Numbered from the stretch's first letter, positions 7,211-16,457 are shown. The stretch: 29,953 nt of DNA from an uncultured Eubacteriales bacterium (GCA_900317215.1 ONFW01000107.1:1-29953); one strand, 5' to 3'. A program made the numbers and translations. Notes: generated by a model from the letters alone, not told the origin.

Positions 7211-10200
7211 TTAAAGACTGCCGTTGATGAACGGATCATTTCTGAATGCATGGGGCGCATAAAGATGCATCTCTCTTGCGCCGGGCTCATACTGCTTTAA
7301 CAGGCTGCTGAATGCAAGATAATATGCACACTGCTGCGGACGGTATATGTCAAGCATGGTCTTTTCAAGATATCCCGCCTCGTCTGATTTATAGTCGATG
7401 ATAGTGAACCTTCCCTTAGCGTCTATGCAGATCAGGTCTGAGAAACCGCGAAGGATGATCCTTTCCGCAGGGGTATCCTTTGGTGCGGCAGTCATTTTTT
7501 CTTTCCTGTTCTGCTCGATCAGGCTGCGTATCCCGTCGTTATTATGCATGCTGTCAATGACCATGAAGAAGGGCGTCTCAACAGCAAACTCACAGTCCGC
7601 ATAGGGCGACTCTTCAAGCTTCTCCCTGAAATACCTTAAATCGGAGAGTATGCTCTCATAATACGCCTGTGCCTCCTTCTGACCCTCGTCTGCATCGGAG
7701 AGCTTGTCCATGCTTTCAATGACCGCCTGCCTTGCAAAAAACTCAAGCTGCTTGTCGGTGATATCTCTGCTGAGCCTTCTGTTCAGCAGGTAAAGCTCAA
7801 AGGCTCTGTGCATTATCGTTCCTCTTACAGCACCTCTGAGTTCTTCCTTATCCGTTTCCCCTGCCGCATCCGGGTCATCACGTTCTCTCCCTATTTCAAG
7901 AGCGCTCGGGCTTGCCGAAAGATAGCAGCGGTCAAAGCTACTCAGGGCTTTGTCACAGGGAGCAGCAGTATATACCGCTGCAGGGATACGGGATACGGCT
8001 GCTTTTTCGGCTTCGTCAGTTTCGGTGACAGCTCTCTCCGCATCGGGAGCATCAGTCTCCTGAGAATCTGTTTTATTCATGAACAGCATGATATACTCGG
8101 CTCTTGTATCGCGGACATATTCCTTTCTGAGCTGTTCTTCTTCCCTCAGCCTCTTTTTTTCCTTCTGCTTCTGTTCTGACAGGAGCATATAACACTTCGG
8201 AACATCATAGACCTCAAGCTTATCGGAGTCCTCTTTTTTACGACAATACTCAAAATAAGTGCTTTCTCCGCGTTCGCCCGGGTCATGCATCGCATTGATA
8301 ACGATTTTAGACTCAAGTCCCTTTGTCTGATGAAGATTCATAACACGGACGCATCTTTTCGTTTTCGACTGGCTGAGGACATTTTTGAGCTCCTTCTCCA
8401 TGAAATCCGCAATGTACTCGTTTATTGCTCCTATGTTGTCACAGCATTGCACTGACATCGTTTCTATGAACTGATAGAGCAGAGGGAGCTCATCGTTGAG
8501 AGTGATATCATTCAGACAGCCGTCAAGAAAATAGCCTTTATTCAGAGCATTATAAATAACTGCCATTGCGCCGCCCGAATAATATAGCTTCTCCGATGAG
8601 CTGAGGATATCGAAAAGCCTTTGCGCCTGTTCTGCAGTATAGCTGTCTGTAACAACTCCTCTGTGAACAGTGTTATCCGAGGGAAAAAGACCCGACAAGG
8701 GAGAAAAGGCTGCAACGACCTCGGCGGTGCGGAGTCTTGTTCCGCTTTCGATATATCTCATAAGAGCCTGCAGTCTGCACATGGCTCTTTTTTCGGCGGG
8801 AGATATCTTTCCCGAAACTGTAACGGGAATATTCCTCAGCTTCAGAGCGTTGTAAATATCTGTAGCATCATTCTTGCGTTTGGTGATGATCATTATGTCC
8901 TCGGGTCTGACGATATGTTCAACATTCTCTCCCTTCTTCTTGTCGTATACAATCATACTCTTGCCGAGGAGTGATTCCGCGCGATCGGCAACGACATCGG
9001 CGGTAACAAGGGGATAGGTCTCCTCAAATACTCCGAGAGGGAGCCTTCCGTTATCGTCCGCAAGAGGCAGAAGCTTTGGCTGTTCGCTGTCGTTTACAGA
9101 CTTATCATCAGGATCAGCCGTTTTCCCCGAGCAGTTCTTGAAGGGGATCATGTCGGAGTAGCTGATACTTCCGTTCTCAAATTTCTTGCGGTATGTTCTG
9201 TTCACCCAATCCACAACGCTGCTGTCCGAACGGTAGTTGATCCTGAGATCGTGAAAATCGTCCTTTTTGAAACATTCGTCCTTCATGTAATTATAGAAGG
9301 CTACCTCCGCTCCTCTGAAGCGGTATATCGACTGCTTCGGATCGCCGACAAGAAACAGTCTGCCCTCTGAGAGTCCGCCGTTCTCATCGTCACCTGTAAG
9401 AGCAAGTATCATTTTGAGCTGGAGATAGTCGGTATCCTGAAATTCATCAACATAAAAGACCTTATATTTGCTCCTGAAATAAGCCCTTACCGCCTTTTCT
9501 CTTTTTCCGTAAAGCAGTTTTTTGGATAACACCAGCAGATCGTTGCTGTTTATTGCTGTACGCTCGAGCTTTACATATTCCTCATACATACCCTTGACAT
9601 ATTCAGCCTTGAGCCTGCTGTAATACTCTTCCGATTCCTTTTTGTACGCATTTATATCCTTGTATGAAAGCTTGTCAAATATGTCTGAAAGCCGGACAAA
9701 GAAATCCTCATCGTCCTCGGTCGGCTCATAGCTACGGTCAATAGCTCTCGTGTTTGTATAGACGCAGCTCCCGTCATCATCGTTCTGAGCGTTATCTTCA
9801 CAGGTTTTTATAATGTTGGTATTGATAAGGGTCTTCAGCTTGGTAAGCCGTCCCTTTTTCTCGTTCATTACCTCACTCAGTTTCTCAGCGGCAGTCAGAA
9901 GCTTTTCATAGTCCTTTTTAATAAATTCCTCAAGCCTGGGGTTTATGCTTTCCCGGGAGAGCTTCAGAAGCTTCTCGACCGTGGGCTCTATAAGGTCAAC
10001 GCACTCCTCTTCTCTCTCTTTTATGCTATCCTTATCTATACCATTTTGCTTGAGCAGGCAGTACGCCTCATGAACTATCTTATATATACGGCTGCTCAGC
10101 TCCTTTGCCCTTGGAGTATAGTATTTCCTTGTAAGCTCATATACCACTGATATGGTGTTCTTTGTGTCGTTCCCCTCGGCAACAGCCTCACTGAGCTTCT

Positions 10201-10882
10201 GAGCAAGCTCACTGCCTGAGACAACGCTCTCTATCAGACCGAGATTGCTCCTTATCGGGTCGAGACATTTTTTTATCTCGCTGTCCGGCTCTGCGGCGTC
10301 GCTCTCTATGATGATGTCAAGCTCGGGATTCTCGGCAATATCAAGAAAGGAATTTTTTATACCCGTATATGCAGAATAGGTAAAATACTTTTTCAGGATA
10401 TCATATTCCCTGTGCTCCCTGATATAGTTCCTTATAAACACCTCCACCTCTCTGCTGTCGCTGAGGTCGGTGCTCTCTTCAAACTCTGGAGAAATGCCAA
10501 GCTCACATTCAAATGCCATTTGCGTGACAAGGCTGCTGCAGAAGCTGTGTATTGTGGAAACAAAGATATCATCTATATTGATCCTTCTGACGGTAGTATT
10601 ATTCTTTTTTGCCTCTGCGGAAAAGCTTGCATACACCTTGTAAAGTCTGCTTTTCAGCTCCTCGGTTGCGGCGTTTGTAAAGGTGATGACTACTATCTCG
10701 GAGGGCTGCAGAGAAGGATCGTTAAAAAGCCTTGTGAGAATGCTTCTCGACAGCATTTCGGTCTTTCCTGCGCCCGCACCTGCCGAGATTATGATATTCC
10801 TTTTTTCCCTGTTTGATATTATGCCTTCTCTTTCGGCAGTTTCATTTTTTAGCATTTCATTATCAGTCAGACCGTTATTCAT
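7211..10882 (-). CDS. addA: AddA-like SF1A (UvrD) helicase fused to a C-terminal PD-(D/E)XK nuclease
   Basis: Walker A SAGAGAGKT, ITFTNAATEEL, STIHSFC, VDEFQDTD, LVGDPKQSIYRFRGA, NYRS, HQTKGLE and RKEYVRDTRA. Nuclease motifs GTIMH, GFSDLI, IIDYKSD and QQCAYY. 1223 aa. Divergent from Bacillus-type AddA, so the symbol is by architecture. Confidence 0.85.
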   Translation of the reverse strand: MNNGLTDNEMLKNETAEREGIISNREKRNIIISAGAGAGKTEMLSRSILTRLFNDPSLQPSEIVVITFTNAATEELKSRLYKVYASFSAEAKKNNTTVRRINIDDIFVSTIHSFCSSLVTQMAFECELGISPEFEESTDLSDSREVEVFIRNYIREHREYDILKKYFTYSAYTGIKNSFLDIAENPELDIIIESDAAEPDSEIKKCLDPIRSNLGLIESVVSGSELAQKLSEAVAEGNDTKNTISVVYELTRKYYTPRAKELSSRIYKIVHEAYCLLKQNGIDKDSIKEREEECVDLIEPTVEKLLKLSRESINPRLEEFIKKDYEKLLTAAEKLSEVMNEKKGRLTKLKTLINTNIIKTCEDNAQNDDDGSCVYTNTRAIDRSYEPTEDDEDFFVRLSDIFDKLSYKDINAYKKESEEYYSRLKAEYVKGMYEEYVKLERTAINSNDLLVLSKKLLYGKREKAVRAYFRSKYKVFYVDEFQDTDYLQLKMILALTGDDENGGLSEGRLFLVGDPKQSIYRFRGAEVAFYNYMKDECFKKDDFHDLRINYRSDSSVVDWVNRTYRKKFENGSISYSDMIPFKNCSGKTADPDDKSVNDSEQPKLLPLADDNGRLPLGVFEETYPLVTADVVADRAESLLGKSMIVYDKKKGENVEHIVRPEDIMIITKRKNDATDIYNALKLRNIPVTVSGKISPAEKRAMCRLQALMRYIESGTRLRTAEVVAAFSPLSGLFPSDNTVHRGVVTDSYTAEQAQRLFDILSSSEKLYYSGGAMAVIYNALNKGYFLDGCLNDITLNDELPLLYQFIETMSVQCCDNIGAINEYIADFMEKELKNVLSQSKTKRCVRVMNLHQTKGLESKIVINAMHDPGERGESTYFEYCRKKEDSDKLEVYDVPKCYMLLSEQKQKEKKRLREEEQLRKEYVRDTRAEYIMLFMNKTDSQETDAPDAERAVTETDEAEKAAVSRIPAAVYTAAPCDKALSSFDRCYLSASPSALEIGRERDDPDAAGETDKEELRGAVRGTIMHRAFELYLLNRRLSRDITDKQLEFFARQAVIESMDKLSDADEGQKEAQAYYESILSDLRYFREKLEESPYADCEFAVETPFFMVIDSMHNNDGIRSLIEQNRKEKMTAAPKDTPAERIILRGFSDLICIDAKGRFTIIDYKSDEAGYLEKTMLDIYRPQQCAYYLAFSSLLKQYEPGAREMHLYAPHAFRNDPFINGSL

Positions 10883-13800
10883 CCTTGTCGTCCTCCTTCA
10901 TTGCCGCCGTATTTACACCGCAGATATTTCCAAAGGAGCAGAATCTGCATTTATTCTTAACGGCGCTTTTTAACTCTGCATCGGATAATCCGACATGAGC
11001 GTCATCCGTTTCACCTTCAGAGGTTTTTTCATGCTCATCATTAGCAGCGCTGTGCATGATATCATATTTGAACTCATTTTTTATCACCCGAATGCCGTTG
11101 CTGTAAGCCCTTTTGTCAGATGCGACAAAGTCCGCAAGAAGATACTTTATCTTATCGGCAAGCTCGAAAGCATCGCTTCTGTCTATAACAACAGTGGTCA
11201 CCTCACTGCTGCCGGAGAGGATGAACTGTCCCTTTCTGTAGTGATAGAGCAGTTTTGAATCGTCAAAGGGAAAATGGAATTCAAATCTGTCAACTATGCA
11301 CTTCTTTTCCTCGGTCATGCTGTTTTCAAGAGAGAACTTATAGATATAATGCTGAACGAGCTTTTCGGTGTGGTCTCTGATAAAGGTCTCGATCCTGCCG
11401 GTCTTGTAATCCGATATTACAAAATGCGCCGAACCGTCGCTTTCCCTTTTCATGTCAAGCCTGTCAATGGAGCCTTCCTTATAGTTCAGAGCAAGCGTTT
11501 TTTTACTGCCGTCAGATGTAAAGTCTTTCAGATCAATGATATCGTCCTTCTCCTGCTGCTTCCACCTGTACTCAACTGCACCGGGAAGATAACCGTATTC
11601 TTTATCGGAGTATCTTGCGGTCATCAGCCTTATATAGTTTTCTGCTGCATTCCGCATCTCAGTCAGCTCTTCACGCTTTATTCTGTCAACAGCAACCGGC
11701 AGAAGAGAAAACTCGTCCTCGGTGACTTTCATTGCGTTGTCAAAGCTGTCCGCATCGAACTTATCCGCACCCTCTGCCGTACCGAGTTGAGAGGCTTCGT
11801 TTCTGCCAACGAGCTTTGACCCGAAATAAAGCTCCATTACTCTATGGAAGAACAGACCTTTTTCTCTGCTGTCGAGCCATGAAAGCTTATCAGCAGGATA
11901 CTCCGGCTCCTCCTTAAGCTTGTATACATATCTGCAGGCGTATTTCATCGGACAGGAGAGCAGAGCTTCAAGTCCTGTTGTGCTCAGCTCAAGCCTTTCC
12001 TTTGAGGGGAGAGAACACTCGCTTATCAGAGCGTCAAGCTCCTCAACGCTCAATTCCGTTTTCTTTTCTTCTCCTCCGCTTTCGTTCATTTCCATTAGCC
12101 TATGCCTTTTGCCGAAAATGAAATCGACCATGTTTTCCACTGCTCCATTGGCATCAGCGCCGGCAGAAGAAAAAGGCTTTTTTTCGTAAAGGAAGTCCGG
12201 ATTTTCGACCGGGTCAAGGCTGTTGAACGAAGTCTCAACGGCTCCGCTCTCTCTGAGCTTTCTGCTGTAAAAATCTGTTTCAGACCTTTCGCACAGCCTT
12301 ACGGGATCATAGTCCGGGTAGCTGTAAAAGACCTCACTGCCCTGAGGGAGCGTGCTTATGAGATATTCGAGGGAAAGGTTTATGAGCTCATTCCTTGTCT
12401 TTCCCGTATAGGACGCGATCAGTCTCTCGTCCTCGTCTTTATCAAAGCACTGCTTTATTTCGGCATCATACATAACGGGAGATTCGTCGGTCTTTCTGAG
12501 CATGAGGTCGGAGGACATTCCGACTATGAAATTATACTTTCTTTGAGATATAATTCTTCCCGAGCCGATCATCTGAGCCGATACCGTCTCACAGCTCTGT
12601 GCTGCATCTGTATTCTCACCGTTGATAATATCTCTTATCATCTTGTCTGTCTCTATAAGTGTGAATACAGCCTTGCCGTCCGTTTTCAGGGATCTCTTTA
12701 TTTTTCTGATAAGCTCACGCACTGCGGGAAACTGCCTGCGTATCTCGCCCTTACGCACACAATAGCACTCAAAGAATTTTCCCATTCTTTCAAACAGTTT
12801 TTCAGGATCGTAGGTGCCTTTCTCCTTATCATCGGGAGAAACCGTATACACAAGATCGGCTGTAAATTTTTTTGCTGTTATCTCCGCCAGCTTCTTCATG
12901 CGGATATCATTATATTCGGGCTGCTCTTCATCATCATTTTTGAGAAAGCTTATATCGGGCTTTTCGTCCTCAGCTCCCCTTGCTATTCTTTCATATGAAC
13001 TCAGCTCATAGAGATAGCCGATATCGGAAAAGTATCTTATCACAGCCCTCTTGGACAACGGAGCGATGTCCTTATCCTCTGATACACGAAATTCGATAGC
13101 TCTGTTCAGTATCAGCTTGGTGAGAAGCTCATAGCGGCAATCGTTCTTCAGCCATTCAAGTATATCAATAAACAGCATGAAGGCGTCCTTTTCGGCAGCC
13201 GGAAGACCGGACACAAAGCTTACTCCGATATTCTGAGAGGCAAAAACACTTCTTATAATATTTATATATGAGGAGTTGGTATACCAAAGAGCCACATCTC
13301 CGGGATACAGCCTGTTGTCTCCGCCGTTATCCCCCTTACAGCTCATACCTGCGATCCTGTTTGCCGCGTATCTTATCTCGTCCGCCATACCGTAAGCCTT
13401 TACAAAGCTGCCGGACACCGCCCCGCTGCGTGGAGCCTCGATATGTATCTTGTCCGCACCGAGAAGACCAAGAAATTCCTTTTCAAGCTTTGTCGGAACA
13501 AGATCATCTAACACCGCATATACGGGAAGCTGAACTACGCTTTTTCTGCCCTGTGAGGCGAGCTCCCTGAGATATGCAACAGCCTCCTCGAGAATACGCA
13601 CCTTATCATAAACATCGCTGTCCTTCAGATAGTCGGTATAGAACCCAAGACATTGATACAATCTTTTAAAACGGTAAATGCTGTCATCGCTAAAGCTTGT
13701 CTTTTTGTCGTATTCGCCCTGTGACATTCTGAAAAGCTTATCCTGAGCCTTGTTCATGCGTATCATATTGATGATCCTCATAAGCTCTCCGGCAGTATTA

Positions 13801-14150
13801 CCTGTAAGTATCCTGTGGATATGCTTTTGGAAAGCCTCTTCGCTTTCCCATTGTGTCCTGTCATATTCAAGCTCAGAGATGCGGCTGTTTATCAGGGTCA
13901 TAAGAGTAAGAGAGGCCGATGCGCTCGTTTCGGTGCTTACAAACGATTTTCCCGCCCTCTGAGAAAGGCTCTCTGCTGCTATTTTGGCAGCAATATCGTC
14001 AATAGTCACACATTCAACGCCTGCAACACCTCCGAGCCTTTCCGCTTCACGCTGCAAAAGTGCATTTCCGTTTGCTGCGCTTCGGCAGATAAGCTTTTTC
14101 CCGTTGATTATTTCCGGAGCCTGACTGTCATACCATGTGGAAATATCCAA
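10875..14150 (-). CDS. addB: AddB-like protein: degenerate helicase-like body plus PD-(D/E)XK nuclease with Fe-S cysteines
   Basis: LSTTGLEALLSCPMKY, GSIDRLD, ISDYKTG, QHYIY and C-terminal CRFCSFGNIC (Cx2Cx5C) match the AddB Fe-S staple nuclease pattern. TTG start after GAAAGGA. Overlaps the helicase gene by 8 nt. 1091 aa. Confidence 0.82.
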   Translation of the reverse strand: MDISTWYDSQAPEIINGKKLICRSAANGNALLQREAERLGGVAGVECVTIDDIAAKIAAESLSQRAGKSFVSTETSASASLTLMTLINSRISELEYDRTQWESEEAFQKHIHRILTGNTAGELMRIINMIRMNKAQDKLFRMSQGEYDKKTSFSDDSIYRFKRLYQCLGFYTDYLKDSDVYDKVRILEEAVAYLRELASQGRKSVVQLPVYAVLDDLVPTKLEKEFLGLLGADKIHIEAPRSGAVSGSFVKAYGMADEIRYAANRIAGMSCKGDNGGDNRLYPGDVALWYTNSSYINIIRSVFASQNIGVSFVSGLPAAEKDAFMLFIDILEWLKNDCRYELLTKLILNRAIEFRVSEDKDIAPLSKRAVIRYFSDIGYLYELSSYERIARGAEDEKPDISFLKNDDEEQPEYNDIRMKKLAEITAKKFTADLVYTVSPDDKEKGTYDPEKLFERMGKFFECYCVRKGEIRRQFPAVRELIRKIKRSLKTDGKAVFTLIETDKMIRDIINGENTDAAQSCETVSAQMIGSGRIISQRKYNFIVGMSSDLMLRKTDESPVMYDAEIKQCFDKDEDERLIASYTGKTRNELINLSLEYLISTLPQGSEVFYSYPDYDPVRLCERSETDFYSRKLRESGAVETSFNSLDPVENPDFLYEKKPFSSAGADANGAVENMVDFIFGKRHRLMEMNESGGEEKKTELSVEELDALISECSLPSKERLELSTTGLEALLSCPMKYACRYVYKLKEEPEYPADKLSWLDSREKGLFFHRVMELYFGSKLVGRNEASQLGTAEGADKFDADSFDNAMKVTEDEFSLLPVAVDRIKREELTEMRNAAENYIRLMTARYSDKEYGYLPGAVEYRWKQQEKDDIIDLKDFTSDGSKKTLALNYKEGSIDRLDMKRESDGSAHFVISDYKTGRIETFIRDHTEKLVQHYIYKFSLENSMTEEKKCIVDRFEFHFPFDDSKLLYHYRKGQFILSGSSEVTTVVIDRSDAFELADKIKYLLADFVASDKRAYSNGIRVIKNEFKYDIMHSAANDEHEKTSEGETDDAHVGLSDAELKSAVKNKCRFCSFGNICGVNTAAMKEDDKDE

Positions 14151-14188
14151 TTTTGTCAGTCCTTTCCTTGAGTGATATTGTATAAACT

Positions 14189-14217
14189 ATTATAATTCAT
14201 TGCTTCTTTTATTTCAA
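14189..14217 (-). promoter_or_regulatory. Sigma-A promoter of the addB-addA-yjbR-phosphorylase operon
   Basis: Minus strand TTGAAA-17 nt-TATAAT, about 40 nt upstream of the TTG start. Confidence 0.75.
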
Positions 14218-14255
14218 CACCAATGTTCTTATTGAGGCAAAATGTGGTCTATCAG

Positions 14256-14285
14256 AAAAAAAGGACCGCCGTTTTGCGGCGATCC
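14256..14285 (-). terminator. Intrinsic terminator after thrH
   Basis: Minus strand ggatcgccg-caaaa-cggcggtcc followed by T7. Confidence 0.85.
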
Positions 14286-14306
14286 TGAGATGCTTTTGCA
14301 ATATCA

Positions 14307-14909
14307 TCAGCTAAGCTGAGCCTTGATAGCTGCAAGAAGCTCATCGTATGTTTCAAATGCGGGAAGCTCGGGGTTATCCTGCTTGATCTTGTCCGTACTC
14401 TTAAAAAGGAAGCCCGCCTTGCTTGCCTTTATCATAGCAAGGTCGTTATAGCTGTCTCCGCTCGCTATTGTGCTGTAACCTATGGACTGCAGTGCCCTGA
14501 CGGTCGTCAGTTTGGAATTCTCAATACGCATTCTGAAGCCTGTGATCTCACCGTCAGCTGCAACCTCAAGGGAATTGCAGAAGATAGTGGGCCAGCCGAG
14601 CTTTTTCATCAGAGGTGAAGCAAACTGTGTGAAGGTATCGCTGATGATAATGACCTGAGTAAGTGAACGAAGCTCATCAAGAAACTCCTTAGCTCCGGGA
14701 ATAGGCTCGATCTTTTCTATCGTAGCCTGAATTTCATTAAGACCGAGGCCGTGCTCCTTAAGAATACCGAGTCTCCACCTCATAAGCTTGTCATAATCAG
14801 GCTCGTCACGGGTCGTTCTTTTGAGCTCTGGAATACCGCTTGCCTGTGAAAAGGCTATCCATATTTCAGGAACCAATACTCCTTCAAGATCCAAGCATAC
14901 TATATCCAT
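14307..14909 (-). CDS. thrH: Bifunctional phosphoserine phosphatase / homoserine phosphotransferase (HAD family)
   Basis: CLDLEGVLVPEIW, TTRDEPDYDKLM, IISDTF, GDSYNDLAMI. 200 aa. SD AAAGGAG. Confidence 0.93.
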   Translation of the reverse strand: MDIVCLDLEGVLVPEIWIAFSQASGIPELKRTTRDEPDYDKLMRWRLGILKEHGLGLNEIQATIEKIEPIPGAKEFLDELRSLTQVIIISDTFTQFASPLMKKLGWPTIFCNSLEVAADGEITGFRMRIENSKLTTVRALQSIGYSTIASGDSYNDLAMIKASKAGFLFKSTDKIKQDNPELPAFETYDELLAAIKAQLS

Positions 14910-15010
14910 TATTATTTCTCCTTTGTTTTTCTATTCGTCTTGACTGACTCTCATATTATATCATACTTTTTCATATAAGAAAAGAAAAATTTTCGCTTGT
15001 GCCGGCACAG

Positions 15011-15502
15011 TCATGCACTAAGAAAAATGATGAAGGGAGGAGGATAAAAGCTGCAGAATAAAATGCTGAAAAATAGTGCCGCAAAGGAGATCATAAGCGG
15101 TACAAAAAACAGCTCTGTCCTCACCCTGCTCCGGTACAAAAACGCCTGCAGCGTCTCTGCAGCAAGTATGCATAGAAAAATCTCAATAAGCATCCCTGGC
15201 TCCGCAGCACAAAGCCTTTCGGACAACAGCATTGCAGAACAGCTCAGGCATAAGAAAAAATGCATGGAGATAATACGTGAGCTAAGGTAATGCAGCAGAT
15301 GCGGCCGCAGACAGGACAGCTCTATGAAGCTCCACATAATAAAAACCAGCAGATACGGCTTTGTCAGCTCCCAAGCACTTGAGCCAACACTTGAAACAAG
15401 CATGCTCCACGGGGCATGACCCGAAATCTCGTATGATGACTGCAAAACCAAGCCGCTTAGAAATATCCCGGCGCAGCTTATCAGAACGAACAGTTTTTTC
15501 AA
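15011..15502 (-). CDS. Integral membrane protein, DUF6512-like
   Basis: About five hydrophobic segments. SYEISG...SSAWELTKP resembles, from memory, the DUF6512 pattern LYEWSG...ESTWEHLKL. Confidence 0.6.
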   Translation of the reverse strand: MKKLFVLISCAGIFLSGLVLQSSYEISGHAPWSMLVSSVGSSAWELTKPYLLVFIMWSFIELSCLRPHLLHYLSSRIISMHFFLCLSCSAMLLSERLCAAEPGMLIEIFLCILAAETLQAFLYRSRVRTELFFVPLMISFAALFFSILFCSFYPPPFIIFLSA

Positions 15503-15576
15503 GGGATCAGCTCCCGGTCAAAGAATCTTTCAAGCCTAACAATTTCTATGCCGTTGGCTCCCCTTATATTCACAAA

Positions 15577-15837
15577 CTAAAACAGAAACGGAAGTATTCC
15601 CGCAAGCACTCCCCCTATAAACACTGCAGCACCTGCCATAAGCTTTTTCCTCAGCCCTCTCCTGCTCCTTATTGCCGAGGGCGCATCAAGCCGCTTCAGC
15701 ATTTTTCTTGCCTCGTCCTCAAGAACAGCCCTCTGCGCAGATGCATATTCGGGTCTTACAAAAAGTATCGCCCTTTCATAATACTCATTTCCCGTTTCGT
15801 TTACCTCTATCACCGTATGATTGATCCCTCTGAGCAT
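15577..15837 (-). CDS. Small hypothetical protein with a C-terminal membrane anchor
   Basis: Strong SD GAAAGGAGGGG. 86 aa, MLRGINHTVIEVNETGNEYYERAILFVRPEY..., with a basic stretch and a hydrophobic C-terminus. Confidence 0.7.
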   Translation of the reverse strand: MLRGINHTVIEVNETGNEYYERAILFVRPEYASAQRAVLEDEARKMLKRLDAPSAIRSRRGLRKKLMAGAAVFIGGVLAGILPFLF

Positions 15838-15959
15838 TCCGCCCCTCCTTTCAGATCATAGCCTGATAACCATATTATACCCTGTGAAGAACAGCTTAGA
15901 CCGCTTCTATATGTTTTTTCCCGTAAGGTATTATTTTATTAAATTATACAGTTTGTAAA

Positions 15960-16203
15960 TGTTGAAAACTCGGTTTAAAAAGTGGAAATCTGCGTTTAAA
16001 ATAGTTGAAAACTCGGTTGAAACAGTTAATAAATCCATATTTTTATCTTGTGGAAAGATTTAAGGGTTTTCAACATTGAAATATTTGTAAACATTTGTAA
16101 TCTTTCTGCCATAAAAAATAACAATTTGTATTTTTAACGTGTCAATGTTTTTTTGACAATTTTTTTATTTTTTTATGTATCTAAATCCCAAAAGCTTTCA
16201 ACA
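15960..16203. repeat. Cluster of DnaA-box-like 9-mers plus a 15-bp direct repeat in AT-rich intergenic DNA
   Basis: TTTTCAACA (rc 15960, fwd 16067), CTTTCCACA (rc 16049), CTTTCAACA (16195), TTTTCAACT (rc 16003), ATTTCCACT (rc 15981). GTTGAAAACTCGGTT occurs at 15961 and 16004. Confidence 0.55.
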
Positions 16204-16302
16204 TATCCCGAAACGCGGTTTCTTTTTTTCTCTATACTCAGCAGCCGACATATAAAGACTTGGAATTTTCACATAAAAATTTGAAACTTTTCTTATCATT
16301 TA

Positions 16303-16331
16303 TTGACATTTCTCCCGAATTATTGTAAGAT
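16303..16331 (+). promoter_or_regulatory. Sigma-A promoter with no ORF before the next terminator
   Basis: Perfect TTGACA-17 nt-TAAGAT. Confidence 0.65.
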
Positions 16332-16336
16332 AATAA

Positions 16337-16457
16337 CTGCGCAATAAATAGACAGAACGGGCCTTTCTGTTATTTGCCGCAAATAATACCGCAGCCTTCT
16401 GCTGAGGATCTTGAAGGGAGATCTCTTTTGCTGAGCTGCGGTATTATTTTTCTTTTC
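16337..16457 (+). ncRNA. Candidate ~120-nt small RNA or attenuator leader (two hairpins ending in a U-run)
   Basis: Promoter upstream. Hairpin AAATA-G-ACAGAA/TTCTGT-TATTT (16346-16375). Perfect 15-bp stem AAATAATACCGCAGC (16381-16395) / GCTGCGGTATTATTT (16435-16449) followed by TTCTTTT. No family recognised. Confidence 0.45.

Noticed and set aside
5767-7214. Plus-strand ORFs of 160 and 207 aa
   Set aside because: Antisense shadows of the phosphorylase and YjbR genes.
12102-12998. 298-aa plus-strand ORF and the many plus-strand ORFs across 7398-14171
   Set aside because: Antisense to the addA/addB-like genes, with no recognisable motifs.
7211-14150. Gabija or another named UvrD-plus-nuclease defence system
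   Set aside because: The partner has AddB Fe-S/PD-(D/E)XK motifs, not an OLD/TOPRIM ATPase-nuclease. No other defence or mobile genes are adjacent.
15900-16300. Chromosomal oriC
   Set aside because: No dnaA, dnaN or rpmH nearby and no perfect TTATCCACA. Kept only as a DnaA-box-like cluster.
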